The translations under genes were made by a program, and so were the position numbers. Below, piece after piece: positions 36,956 through 50,504 of a stretch of DNA of 64,000 nt. The number at the start of each line of letters is the position of its first letter. The first letter of the stretch is position 1. A model generated the notes under the pieces. The model searched no databases. It was not told the DNA's origin and worked only from the letters and a program-made list of their open reading frames with translations. Origin of the DNA: Octopus sinensis (taxonomy: Eukaryota); contig NC_043010.1 of the NCBI RefSeq assembly GCF_006345805.1, positions 28,024,001 through 28,088,000 of the forward strand, written 5' to 3'.

Positions 36956-38273
36956 TTGAAGTTATCATTAAGGCAGATTCGTTAGCACACCAGGCAAAAT
37001 GCTTAGCAGTATTTCTTCTGGATTTATGCCAGAACTGACTTTGCCTTTCATCTTTTCAGGGTTGATAAAGTGAGTATCATTTGGACATTGGGGTTGATAT
37101 AATCAGCTAATTTCCCAAATTTCAGATTTTCTGCCAATAGTAGAAATGATTATTATTATTATTATTATTATTATTATCATCATTGTTGTTGTTATTGTTA
37201 AGGTGGCAAGTTGGCAGAATTGAGAGCACATTGGAAAAAGTGCTTAGAGCCATTTCTTCCAGATTTTACATTCTGAGTTCAAATTCCACCAAGGTCAACT
37301 CTGCCTTTCAGGATCAATAAAAAAAAAGAAGTACTAGCCCAGCACTGGGATCGATATAATCAACTTCCCCTCCCCTCAAAAACTGCTGGCCCTGTGCCAA
37401 AATTTGAAACCATTATTATTATTGATAAAGCAGAGCACTAGCAGAATCGTTGGCATGTGGGACAAAACTGTTTCAATGCTTAGCAGCATTTTGTCTGTCT
37501 TTACATTCCAAGTTCAAATTTTGTCAAGGTTGACTTTGCCTTTCAACTCTTTCAGGGTTGGTCAATTAAATACCAGTGGAATATTGGGATCAATCTAATT
37601 GACCAGCTCTCTCCCACAAAATTCCAGGCCTTTGTGCCAATAGTACAAAAGATTATTATTATTATTATTATCATTATTATTATTATTGAGTGAGAGAGCA
37701 GTGCATGCCATCAAAGTGACACTGGGGTACAATTATATGAAGCCCGGTATACCCATCATGTCTACACATCTGATATGGGTACAACAGACACATGCATCAC
37801 AACCATATGTGCACGACATAGTGATCTCATATCAAGATAAACAGTGCATGACCTTGCAGGTGGGGCCCAGTTAGAATTTTCTTCTGGTCAAGTAGCCCAT
37901 CGTGTTCAAAAGGTCCCTGAATAAGGGTTGTTTAAGGATGTTGAACAAAACCCACATGTTTCCAAAGATGAATTATCCAAACCGCAAAGAATTCCTCTCA
38001 ACACATGGCTATGATGCTTCCCCACTGCTTCTGCTCATGATCAGAGATGCACATATCATCAGCCACTAAAGGACATGCTCAGCTGGTTACAGTCAAACAA
38101 CTGACAAGCTAATCTGGTATAGAGCAGAATATTTGCTGTGGCCCATCTTTTATACCAAGACAAAACAATGTACATGATAACACTTCCAATCAGCTAAGAT
38201 CAGAAGCCATGAGAGCCACTGCCTGGCACTGCATCAGGGTATATATTTTATTATTACTATTATTATTATTATA

Positions 38274-38660
38274 GGCATAGGAGTGGCTGTGTGGTAAGTA
38301 GCTTGCTTACCAACTACATGATTCCAGGTTCATTCCCACTGCATGGCACCTTGGGCAAGTGTCTTCTACTACAGCCTCAGGCCAACCAAAGCCTTGTGAG
38401 TGGATTTGGTAGACGGAAACTGAAAGAAGCCCGTCGTATATATGTATATGTGTGTGTGTTTGTACATCTGTGTTTGTTCCCACACCTTCGCTTGACAACT
38501 GATGCTGGTGAGTTTACGTCCCCGTAACTTAGCGGTTCAGCAAAAGAGACCAATAGAATAAGTACTAGGCTTACAAAGAATAAGTCCTGGGGTCGATTTG
38601 CTCGACTAAAGGTGGTGCTCCAGCATGGCCACAGTCAAATGAAACAAGTAAAGAGAGAGT
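38274..38660 (+). mobile_element. Abundant tRNA-derived SINE, full length; other near-full copies at 43454-43856, 48131-48492, 49156-49550 (+) and 59298-59660 (-)
   Basis: ggagtggctgtgtggtaag (A box), caggttcattccca (B box), ggcaccttgggcaagtgtctt, internal (TA/TG)n, ctccagcatggccacagtcaaatga tail. Confidence 0.88.
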
Positions 38661-39203
38661 ATTATTATTATTATTCATGAGGGAGCTATATTGCTTAGCC
38701 TCTGAATACTTAAGCTTAAGCCTTTAGCATTTAATCCGGCCATATTTGATCCAAAAGATTCTCCCTGTTTTATGTTCAAACTGACTAGATCCAGCCTTTC
38801 ACACCTACCCAACAGTGTCGTTCTAAGAATAAACACTCACATTATTGAAATCTTGAAGCTATGAGATAATGTATAATTAATTCAAAACAATGTGAATAAA
38901 TATGCATTACACTTGACAGAGGAATCTTAATGCTAAAGGGTCAAGCTGACTTATGATCAAACACATTCCAGATATGACCATCCCGGCATTCTTAGTCTAG
39001 ATCTACATTATCCAATAGGCCCTTCCTACAGAATATGATTGAGATTTGACTGCTATTTCTAGCATATCAAGCAGCCACACAACAGTTGCAATGTAAGCTT
39101 GTGAGCGCTTGTATATTTGAGAGTGTGACCGAGTCAATCTGATTTGTGTTGCATAACCCATAACTCAGCAACATGCGCAAATGTGTGTGATGGGTACATG
39201 TAC

Positions 39204-39258
39204 CTGAAACTTGTCGAACTTGTTTTCCAATGTTGATCCAACAAACACAGCCACACAT
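39204..39258 (-). CDS. TIR gene putative first coding exon (MCGCVCWINIGKQVRQVS)
   Basis: cag|gtacat donor in phase 1, matching exon 2; in-frame TGA 6 codons upstream of the ATG, so the start is uncertain. Confidence 0.55.
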
Positions 39259-40289
39259 ATAAAATGGTTTTGTTCAATAGATATGACTGCCAGTAGATAA
39301 TTCAGTTTCCTTTCCAGATACAGAAAGCAAATATCTTTAGCAAACAAAACAAAAGATCTCATTTACTTCCATTAAGTTCACAAAACCCTTCTCACTGCTT
39401 CAGCTTGATCTCTATCTGAACATTTAGATTGTAACTTTTGTGCAAATTTGCTATTTCTTTTCATGTTTTACAAATGTCTGTGTTTTTTTTCTTTGCATGT
39501 TTCAATGGATGAAATGGTTTATTTGTCATTGCATTTGGTCTTGCAGCTGTCCACCCAACCATTTTATTGTTCATCACTCAACTGTGAAGAAGGGAGTGGA
39601 ATGAGTATATTTATTACAGGATCAATATCATACGTGATGGGAATAAATATATGCACTCACATATTTGAAAAAAGATTTACTTGAATTAAAAATCAATTAT
39701 ATGAATGGTTTCGGTAGAGGAAATTGAAAGAAGCCCAGTGCATGCATGTGTGTGTGTGTGTGGGGGGGTATGTGTTTGTCGCTCACCACCACTTGACAGC
39801 CAGTGTTGGTTTGTATCTGTAACTTAGCAGTTTGGCAAAAGAAGACTATTGGAACAAGTACCAGGTTTTGAAACATTTCATAGCAGTGCCCCAGCATGGC
39901 CACAGTCAAAGATGGAAACAACTAAAATATATACAAAAAATCTTATTTTTTAAATATAGCTAATACACAGACCTAATGGAAGGAAGTTTTTGTGTAAGTG
40001 CTTTCTGCTGTTTTTTTTTCTTTTAAATCCCAAATTTATTTATTTATTTTTTGTTTTAATAACAGCTCTGTGAAATTTTAAAATTAACTTTTGATTTAAA
40101 AAAATCTTTTTCCAGACAATATTGTGATTGTATCAAAAAATTTTTCTAATAATCTATGCATACACACATGCTATGCATATCCTCATTTTTAGACGTTACA
40201 ACGTATCTCTGCACCTTGTAAAAGAGTAACCAAAAGGGTTGATATAAGGAAGAACATTTGCCAAAAATAAAAACACTAGAAGTCTTGTA

Positions 40290-40617
40290 GTAAAGATTGT
40301 TTGCCAACATAACATGGCAGTCCTGGCTTAGGACAAATGTTGCTGTAATTTAGACCCAGGAGACATCGTCTCCAGCTAGCTACACGATCTATTTTCAAAC
40401 AAGGGAATCTAGCACCCCAACTCAGCTCAAAACAATATCTGTGTATCATGATTTCTGGAGTTTATTTTTTTTTTAGCTGAGTGGGAGTGCTAGATTCCCT
40501 TGTTCGAAAATATAAGGACACAGATTGTGTAGCCAGCTGGAGACGATATTTCCTGAGGCTAAATTACAGCAGCATTAGTCCTAAACTAGGACTGTCATGG
40601 CAAGCAATCTTTACTCC
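40290..40617. mobile_element. Palindromic MITE-like element (about 145-bp arms)
   Basis: agtaaagattg...aacaagggaatctagcac versus gtgctagattcccttgtt...caatctttact. Confidence 0.8.
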
Positions 40618-40874
40618 AAAGTACTGTTGCTGAATATCTCATGTTGTGAGATTTAAAAATAGTAATTTTCTAATACTAGAAGTCTTGTGCAATGCACAAT
40701 AATGTGGAAAACCCTTTTGTTGCAAACATTTCTGTTGAAATACAAAGCTATTTGTATCAATTAATTTTGTAAATAATGAAGAACTCATTAAAATAACAGT
40801 CACTACTATGCAGGTGTTTGTAATATAAATTACAATAAAAATCTGATGGCAGGTTTAAATTCAGATCACTTTAA

Positions 40875-41095
40875 CCCTTTCATTACCAACCTGGCTGAAA
40901 CCAGCTCTGGCTCTGTAGTACAAATGTGTTGTTTTCAAAAGTTCTGAATTAAAATCTTCCACCAAACCTTAGTCACAAATACTGTTCCTAACACTAGCTT
41001 AATGATAACTAAGTTATTTTACTAAACTCTTTGTTATATCTAAAATAATTGGGAGAAACACAGAAGATCTCAAAATAAATGCAGTAATGAAAGGA
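40875..41095. mobile_element. piggyBac-type MITE
   Basis: TTAA|CCCTTTTCATTAC ... GTAATGAAAGGA|TTAA. Confidence 0.75.
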
Positions 41096-43363
41096 TTAAA
41101 ACAGGGACTCTGTTTCATAGAATTAGGGGCAGCTCAAGGAGGTTGGTAAGAAAAGGGTTGACTAAGGATATTCTTTTAATGTTTTTACTTGAATTATTGA
41201 GAAGCTATCAGAACCTGCTGATGAATCTATACTCATTGTGTCCCCTATAGGCATTACAATAGTTGTTGCTATGCACTTTATTGCCATTAAATAAGGGGGT
41301 TTTTGTGTTACTGTTCTGGGTATGAGGCATCTTAAGATGGGTAAGTTATCTAATATGAGCTAAATAGGACAAATTTCATCATTTCAAAGTACAGCCCCCT
41401 TTTTTGCCAGCCTACCCGATTACCTATTTCATTCACTAGGGAACCTCTACATGGTTCTAGAAATAGCAACCAAATCTTCCTTGAATCATACCCAAAAACC
41501 TTAAAAAAAAACAAAAACAAAAAAGAAACTGTGCTTTCTAGATAATGTGGTCTCAAATTTCCCTTCATACAGTAAGAGCAAAATAGACGCAGAGGGAAGG
41601 GCTTTGATCACAGGGCCGCCCCCACCACCTTCACACATACACAAAGTGGGGCAGAGTGGTGGGTGAGACTAAACAACAACAACATTAATGGATGACTGGT
41701 CTTACTCTATTTTATTTTTTCTCTAATATCACCAGCCCATCAACACCACTCCTAATATTGCGCAACCGACAACCACACCCCATCACAATCAACACCACCA
41801 CCACCTTCATCATGACTTTTTTCAGTGCTCTGTGATCCCACCCACCAATAAGTAAAAATGTTGAACTAGATATAGCGAACAGCACACGTGAATTAGTGAC
41901 ACAGCTTTGTTCCAATTATATACATACAATAAAGAGGACAGTGTAAAGAGAGAAGCAGATAGATAGAGACAGATAGATAGGCAGAAAGATAGATAGACAG
42001 AAAGATAGATAGACAGACAGATAGATAAGCAGAAAGATAGACAGGCAAATAGACAGACAGAAAGACAAATGTATTAACAGATAGATAGATATATTGACAG
42101 ATAAAGATATTGATAGACAGATCATGGTCAATGCCAGTGTCGCTTGACTGGCACCTCTGCTGGTGCATGTAAAAAGCACCATTCAAGCGTGGTCATTGCC
42201 AGTGCCGCCTGACTGGCTCCCATGCCAGTGGCATGTTAAAAGTACCATTCAAGCACGGTCGATGCCAGTACTGCCTGACTGTACCTTGTGCTGGTGGCAC
42301 CCACTACACACTTGGAGTGGTTGGTGTTAGGAAGGGCATCCTTGTAGAAACTTTGCCAGATCAGATTGGAGCCCGGTGCAGCCTCCTGGCTTACCATTCC
42401 TGTATGGAAAGCGGACATTAAACGATAATGATGATGATGATAACCACTACCACCACCAATATATTCTGCCTCCCGGTGAAGTAGTTTTGTGCTTTATGAT
42501 ATGAACCCAAAAGTTGGTCAGGAGGTACAGAGCAGGAAGGGACCTGATTTGAATCAATGGGAGGATCAAATAAAATGGGGTATGTATGTATGTGTGTGTT
42601 AAGCTCTGCTGGCATCCTTAATTTTAGGATTTAAATAGACTTAAATGTTTTAATAATTACATCATCATCATTTTACATTTGCTTTCTACACTAGCATGGG
42701 TTGGATGGTTTAACAGGGGGTACCAAGTCACGAGCCTGCATCATGCTCCACGTCAGCTGCCAGGACACAGATCCTATGGCTGGATGCCCTTCCCAACAGG
42801 GACTATGTCTGAGTGCTGGCAACAGAGTGGACTCCACTTGAGGCACCAAAAGTGCCAGGTGGTGCTGGTGGTGGCCTTAAAAGAGATGACAGATTGTGTA
42901 CTAGCAACATAGGCCATGGAAGGATTTGAACTCGGAACACAAAGACCTGGAACAAATATACCAAAAAGTAAAAATCCTTTCCACTCTAAGAGCAAGGCCT
43001 GAAATTTTTGTGGGTGGGTGGGTGGGAGTTAGTAATATTGATCCCTGTATATGACTGGTATTTATTTGATCAAATCCTGACAGGATAACAGATAAAGTCA
43101 ACCTCATTGGAGCCTGAACCTTGAACAAAAGGACTAATGGAAAACCCCCGTGTGTTTTTGCCAGCTCACCTTCTTGCTACACCTTAATAATAACAAAGAT
43201 ATTTAATTAAATTCTTCATTACAGGCACAGGAGCAAACCACATGGTTCCAGGTTCAGTCCCACTGCATGGCACCTTGGGCAGGTGTCTTCTCTTATAGCC
43301 TCAGGCCAACAAAAGTCTTGTGAGTGGATTTGGTAGACGGAAACTGAAAGAAACAGTCGTGTA

Positions 43364-43451
<88 letters not shown>

Positions 43452-45295
43452 AAGGTGCAGGTGCGGCTCTGTGGTAAGAAGCTTGCTTCCTGACCACATG
43501 GTTCCAGGTTCAGTCCCACTGTACAACACCTTGGGGAAGTGTCTTCTACTATAGCCTCAGGCCAATCAAAGCCTTGTGAGTAGATTTGGTAGGTGGAAAT
43601 GTAAAGAAACCAGTCGTACATGTATGTGTGTGTGTGTGCTTGTACTAGTGTGTCTGTGCTAGTCCCACCACCATCACCTAACAACCGATATTGGTGTGTT
43701 TACGTCCCTGTAACTTAGCGGCTCAGCGAAAGAGACCAATAGAATGAGTACTAGGCTTACAAAAGAATAAGTCCTGGGGGCGATTTGTTCGACTAGAGGC
43801 AGTGCTCCAGCATGGCCGCAGTCAAATGACTGAAACAAGTAAAAGAATAAAAGAGTTATATTGAAACTTGATCGACGTGAAAGCAGTGCATTTTAACAGA
43901 GATATGATAATGAAACTAAAAGAAGCTATGCATGTTTGTGTCTGTGTTTGATGCCCTCCACCTTGTTGGTGTGTTTACATTCTTATAACTTAACAGCTCA
44001 GCAAAAGAGACTGACAGAATAAGTACCAGGCTTTAAAAATATACGTACTGGGGTCAATTCTTCAAAGCAGTTCCCAGCATGGCGGCAGTCTAAGAATAAA
44101 CTAAACAAGTAAAAGATAAAAAATCTATATTTATATATTTCATTTTTGTCTCTGGCTTACAAGATTCTTTATGGAGATTTGTGTGTTGAAACAAATTTTG
44201 TTGTGTCTAGGGTGGGTCATTATGCCAAAATTAATAACACATGCACTGGTTCACTTCTAATTCATTACTGATTAATTGGTTAAATATCCAACAAACTATT
44301 TTATTGCTTGTTAAACTTGGTTAAACAGTAAGTCGTGTGTGTGTGTGTGTGTAAAGACAGAATTCTTTCCATTTCTGTCTGTTAAATCTACTCACAAGGT
44401 TTTGGTTGGCCTGGGGGCTATAACAGAAGTTATAGCGAGATGCCATGCAGTGGGACTGAGCCTGAAACCATGTGACTGGGGAGCAAACTTCTTTCTTTTT
44501 CTTCCAACCCCCACCTCCACTTTCCCTTTCTTCTACTTACTACTTAACTTCTGAAAACTCCCCTCAATCTCCCCCATGTAATCACTGTTATCGCATTCTC
44601 ATAATTACTCTATCAATTTTCTTATCTCTCTCAGTTTTGACCTCCTCCTCCCTTCTCTCCTACAAATGACACACACTCCCTTCCTTTCTCACTGTCCTTG
44701 TTACTTTGTTTCTCTCTTAATCATATTCACACACACACAACTGCTCTCATTCACAAATTTCACAATCTGTTCCTGTATTACATCATAACTGAGTAACCTC
44801 ATACCACAAATACATACTAGCAATTATCTGGAATATTCTCCCACAGTCTTTGAACGATCTACTCATTAAAATTCTAGCATTTAAAAATAAGGCAACTTTT
44901 ATGAAGAAACGGTACTGTTCTTTGACGAGGCAATTCTTCATGAGGAATGAACCATTTCTTTGCTTTAAAATCTCAATACACATCTATACAGACACTCCAC
45001 ATGGTCAACACTCCTTTATAGAAATGTAAGACTTTTTAATTAAATTGCATCAGTTACCATATATAAACACAGACACATATCTATCTCTAAGTGTGTGCGT
45101 GTGTATACATATACACACATATACATCACATACACATATATATATTCTTTTGCTTGTTTCAGTCCATTAGACTGCAGCCATGCTGGAGCACCAACTTGAA
45201 GAATTTTAATCAAACAAATTGACCGCAGGACTTTTTCCTAAGGTTGGTGCTTATTTTATCAGTCTCTTTTGCTGCACTGCTAACTACAAGGATGT

Positions 45296-45768
45296 AATTC
45301 ACATGATTCTATAAATTACTTCATGGCAGAATTAATAGTCAAGACTATTTAAGCATTTTATCTGATCAAATTCATCCTATGGTTATGGAACTGTTTCCGG
45401 AGGGAAAAGCAATCTTTCAAGATGATAATGCACCAATTCACACAGCTAAAGTTGTTACTGAATGGCATGAGGAACATTCTAGTGAAGTTGAACATCTTAT
45501 CTAGCCACCACAGTCCCCAGATCTCAATATTATTGAACATTTATGGTGCATTTTAGAAAAACAAATAAGGAGTCAATATCCTCCACCATCATCACTACAA
45601 GAACTGGAAACTGTTTTAGCTGAAGAATGGACAAAAATTCCTTTGGAAACAATTCAAACTTACATCATAGAATTCAAGCTGTAATTACTGCCAAAGGCGG
45701 TCCTACCTCATATTAAAATAAATTTGTTTGAAATTTTAAGGTGTTTCCATTATTTTGTCCAACCCCTG
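45296..45768 (+). mobile_element. Tc1-like transposase 3' remnant with right terminal repeat
   Basis: IFQDDNAPIHTAK...PPQSPDLNIIEHLW (DD34E spacing); in-frame stop and a deletion; KGGPTSY*; ends tgtccaacccctg. Confidence 0.9.
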
Positions 45769-46026
45769 TGTGTGTGTGTGTGTGTGTGTGTGTGGCAGGG
45801 GAGTCAAGGTAGAAAATGCTAAAATAATTTTATAAAAAAAAATTCAGTACCGGTTTCAGTCATTGAGACTTTTTCAACTGTAAGTATAGAAAACAAGTAA
45901 ATTTTGAAAAAATTAAATGAAAAATTTTTAAAAAGAATATTTGCATAGTATTCAAATACAAGGGGCATTTTCCTTATTCCTGCCTGTCTCTGTCTCTCTT
46001 GTTTACTCGTGTGGGTTCGAGGTCAT

Positions 46027-46061
<35 letters not shown>

Positions 46062-47407
46062 GTGTGTATATAATGAATAGGCCTGTATGTCCAGGTTCAA
46101 CAGAAAGAGTACTCCATGTAAGTAACAAGAGTAAATATTGTTTTTTTACGACCACCTCACATGTATGGCCAACACTACTAAAAGTATCAAGCACATGGAA
46201 CCCATGTACGGTTTCAGACGGCCTCTTTCTTTAACTTATTTTCTCACTCAATTTTCGTAGCCTATCACATAGAAGCTTCAAAGATGGTGGAATGCCACTT
46301 GGAACATATTTAGCTGCTACTTCTAGCAAGCTGTGTGAGCATACAGAGCAGGCTGTATGAGATATGACTCATCATCAGGTGAGACACAACTAAAGAACTT
46401 CTAAGTAATTTTTTGCTCTAAGACCCATTCATAAAGTCCCCAAGCCTGACATCTTTCCAGCACTGATACATGGACTTTTTCATTGGTTTAATGAAACAGT
46501 GTTTATATGAAGTTAGACATTAAAAGCACATATCTGCGAGGGAAAAGGGGAAAGTAGCAACAGACTTGAACCTCCTGACTATTGTTTTCTAGGCAACCAC
46601 AGTTATAGATTATATTCAAGAGATTACCTGTCGTTGATGAAAGTGTGCCATACTCCTTCAGATAAACATTAAGCATTACATCCATCACTATTGGTTGTTA
46701 TCTAACTGAATGAAGAGATGTTAATACTGTGTTATTAATTAAACTTAGGTGTGGTTTGTGTTGATTAGGTAAAAAGAAAAAAAAAACCATTAATTGACAA
46801 AATTCATACTAATGATTTTAAATCAGAAATTCAACACCTCCCTATCACACACACACACGCACTTTCAGCTCCTTAATTATAGTGGTTTCAAAGTTCAACA
46901 AATTATCTACACTCTTAATTGAAGACCTGTTTATTTATTATATTCTATACAATGTTGCAATAATTGTGTGTGGTAAATTTTAACAGGCAGCAGCAGCCGA
47001 AACCACCACCATTAACAGGTTGTTGAGTGCTTCGAGAGAAATTAATTTTCTTGCATGCATTTAGATTAAGGCACTGATTCTCTCTTCTCTGATCAAGGTT
47101 CAGAGATGTTCAATCATGATAGAGTAGGGAAAGTGCAGGGCAGAGACTTAAAAATCATGGCTACTCCTTACACCTTGACTAACACACATATCTATGTATA
47201 TAGGCATGTGTTTATATCATCATCATCATCATCATTTATCGTCTGTTTTTCCATGCTGGTTCGACTGGGGAACATAAGTTGTGACTAAGGTCTGGTGGAA
47301 GATTTTAATTCAGAACTTTTGAAAACAAGACATTTGTACTACAGAGCCAGTTTCAGCCGGGTTGGTATCAAAAGGGTTAAGAACTATTTCTCTATTATAT
47401 ATTTTAA

Positions 47408-47629
47408 CCCTTTTGTTACCATATTTCTGTTGAGATGCTCTGTGTTTCTTTCAATTAATTTTAAATAGAACAAAGAATTTAGTAAAATAATTTAGTTATC
47501 ATTAAGCTAGTGTTAGGAACATAAACTGTGACTAAGGTTTGGTGGAAGATTTTAATTCAGAACTTTTGGAAACAAGACATTTGTACTACAGAGCCAGAGG
47601 CAATTTCAACCCGGTTAGTATCGAAAGGG
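47408..47629. mobile_element. piggyBac-type MITE (222 bp)
   Basis: TTAA|CCCTTTTG ... CGAAAGGG|TTAA. Confidence 0.85.
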
Positions 47630-47636
47630 TTAAACT

Positions 47637-47850
47637 TCATGCAGGATTCCAACAAAATATTCGTACCATCTGACAAGACTGAGAACGTTTACATTATTGG
47701 CAGGAGCTTATGTATTAGACTTCTTTCTAACAGTATTATGGAGACTTATAAGAACAGAGTTACCCTTAAGGACCACAAAGCTTGTTTTAGGAGCTACCCT
47801 AAATGTAGGCTTATAAACCCAGCTAAAACCAAAATGGGTAAAATATAAAA
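47637..47850 (+). mobile_element. Fragment of a second Penelope-like RT lineage
   Basis: IFVPSDKT.NVY ... TLKDHK..F.SYPKCRLINPAKTKMGKI, a PLE RT N-terminal signature; internally deleted. Confidence 0.7.
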
Positions 47851-48494
47851 TTTAGAATGGAGCCATAACAACTGAAAGAAACTATTTCTGCCCCTTTCAA
47901 AATCTAATGGCTTGTATATCTTTGTGTGTCTGTGTTTGTCCCCCCAACATTGCTTGACAACCGATGCTGGTGTGTTTACGTCCCCATAACTTAGCAGTTC
48001 AGCAAAAGAGACTGATAGAATAAGTACTAGGCTTACAAAGAATAAGTCCTGGGGTCAATTTGTTTGACTAACAGTGATGCTCCAGCATGGCCGCGGTCAA
48101 ATGACTGAAACAAGTAAAAGAATAAATGAATGTGTGGTAAGTAGCTTGCTTACCAACCACATGGTTCCAGGTTCAGTCTCACTGTGTGGTACCTTGGGCA
48201 AATGTCTTCTACTATAGCCTCGGGCCAACCAAAGCCTTGTGAGTGGCTTTAGTAGACGGAAACTGAAAGAAGCTCGTCGTATATATATATTGTTTGTGTG
48301 TGTGTGTGTCCCAACATCGCTTGACATCGATGCTGGTGTGTTTACGTCCCCGTAACTTAGCGGTTTGGCAAAAGAGACTGATATAATAAGTATTAGGCTT
48401 ACAAAGAATAAGTCCTGGGTCAATTTGCTTGACTAAAGGCAGTGCTCCAGCATGGCTGCAGTCAAAAGACTGAAACAAATAAAAGAGTAAAGAG

Positions 48495-48552
<58 letters not shown>

Positions 48553-50252
48553 TTACACACACACACATATATATATATATATATCTTTTAAATTTGTTTA
48601 TGGTAACATTAAGAGTACGCAAATGAAGCCCCTATTTCATTATGTCAGCAACCATCTAATGATATTGATTAATGAGTCAGTTTTTCAGGGCTGCATCATG
48701 GTTATACCGATATAATGTAGGATATTTGCTATTGATTCTGCAGATTTTAAGGATGGTCATTTATTCAGCAGATTTAAGGATGATAGTACCACAGACACCA
48801 TGAAAAAAAAAAAAAAAAAAAAAAAAAAATCGCCTGAGAAACAATCTCCCATCATTTTCCAATATAAACAAAAGTCACTCCACATCTTTATTGAACTTCA
48901 TCTGGAAATTAAAACAGAATGGAGTTGAATACACAACCCACTGTTTCATTGTCAAAAAACGCTGCACCATATAATGGAACTTCATGGGTACGCAACATAT
49001 GCTTGAAGAAACCCTGGAAGTAATCACATCCAGGGAAAATGTGATGAATAGACATTCTGAGATGGTCATATCACGTAAACATAGGAACAAAATATCATTC
49101 ATGGAATTTGAAAAAAACAGAACAGTGAAGGAACGTAAACCAATAAAGGAACAAAGCGCAGGAGTGGCTGTGTGGCAAGTAGCTTGCTTACCAGCCACCT
49201 GGTTCCAGGGTCAGTCCCACCATGTGGCACCTCGAGCAAGTGTCTTCTAAAAGTGTCTTCTTTGGTTGGCCTTGGGCCAACCAAAGTCTTGTGAGTGGAT
49301 TTGGTAAATGGAAACTGAAAGAAGTCCATCGTGTGTATATATGTGTGTGTGTGTGTGTCTGTATTTGTCTTCCCAACATCGCTTGACAACCAATGGTGGT
49401 GTATTTACATACCCGTAACTTAGCGGTTTGGCAAGAGAGACCAATAGAATAAGTACTAGGCTTACAAAGAATAAGTCCTGGGGTCCATTTGCTCAACTAA
49501 AGGTGGTGCTCCAGCATGGTCACAGTCAGATGACTGAAACAAAAGAATAAAATACCAAGGTTTAAGATGATATGCAGTGAAAAGGTCACCATGAGAGGGC
49601 AACAAACCCCACTGTATTAGCAGCTGACCATCTGTTGGGGTCAGGGTTTATTGAAGAGAGCTACATCTTGAATGAAATCGAACAAAGAAATGCACTCCTG
49701 TCCTTAAATCTGCTAAATGAATGACTATCCTTAAAATCTGCAGAATGAATAGCAAATAAATCACCACACACACCCCCATCCCCATATTACTACCATTCCT
49801 TACTCTACTCCCATCACTTTCACTCCCCGCTTATTCTTCTCAGAATAACACAAGAGATACATCATTCTACTGCTACTATCATTACTACTACTCCCAATTA
49901 ATGAAGAACCACACCTTTCTGTCTCCCCCCATCCACTATTCACTTCAATCTGAATGTACATCTGACACCCCCATGATAAATCTGACAACTGTAAATAAAA
50001 GAGAATTATGAACATACAAAATCCCAAAATACCCCGCTACCCTCAACGAGAGAGACTATGCATATGCCGCTTCACCCATTTACTTCGGACAAGATGCACA
50101 ATTCGGTAAGGCAATATCAGCCAGTTTGCTGCCTTAGTTGATATATCTAAGTCCAATCTGCTGAGGGGTTGGTGTTAGGAAGGGCATCCAGCTGTAAAAA
50201 TCCTGCCAAAACAATTACAGAAGTCTGGTGCAGGCTTCTGCCTGGCTGGCCC

Positions 50253-50420
50253 TTGTGAAACCTCCATCTTCCTTTTCTATGGAACTTTCCTCTGTCTCCT
50301 GTTTCTGAAGAAGAGCTTTGCTCAAAACGTAAAACCACGTTACTTTCCTTCCCTGAGCATCTGTTAATACTTTACATGTACCTCATTCTCGCGTTGTTGT
50401 TTTTTGTGTTTGTTCTTAAT
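50253..50420 (+). mobile_element. Penelope pLTR fragment with decayed hammerhead; inverted partner at 51050-51220
   Basis: gtttCTGAAGAAGAGCtttGCTCAAAACGTaaaac; the partner's reverse complement reads atttCTAAAGAAGAGCtttGCTTGAAAC. Confidence 0.7.
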
Positions 50421-50463
50421 TTTTTTTTATTTACTATATATATATACACACACACATACATAC

Positions 50464-50504
<41 letters not shown>

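Noticed and set aside
46261-46378. Plus-strand exon (ttttcgtag|...cag|gtgaga)
   Set aside because: All three frames are closed and the content resembles a repeat tail.
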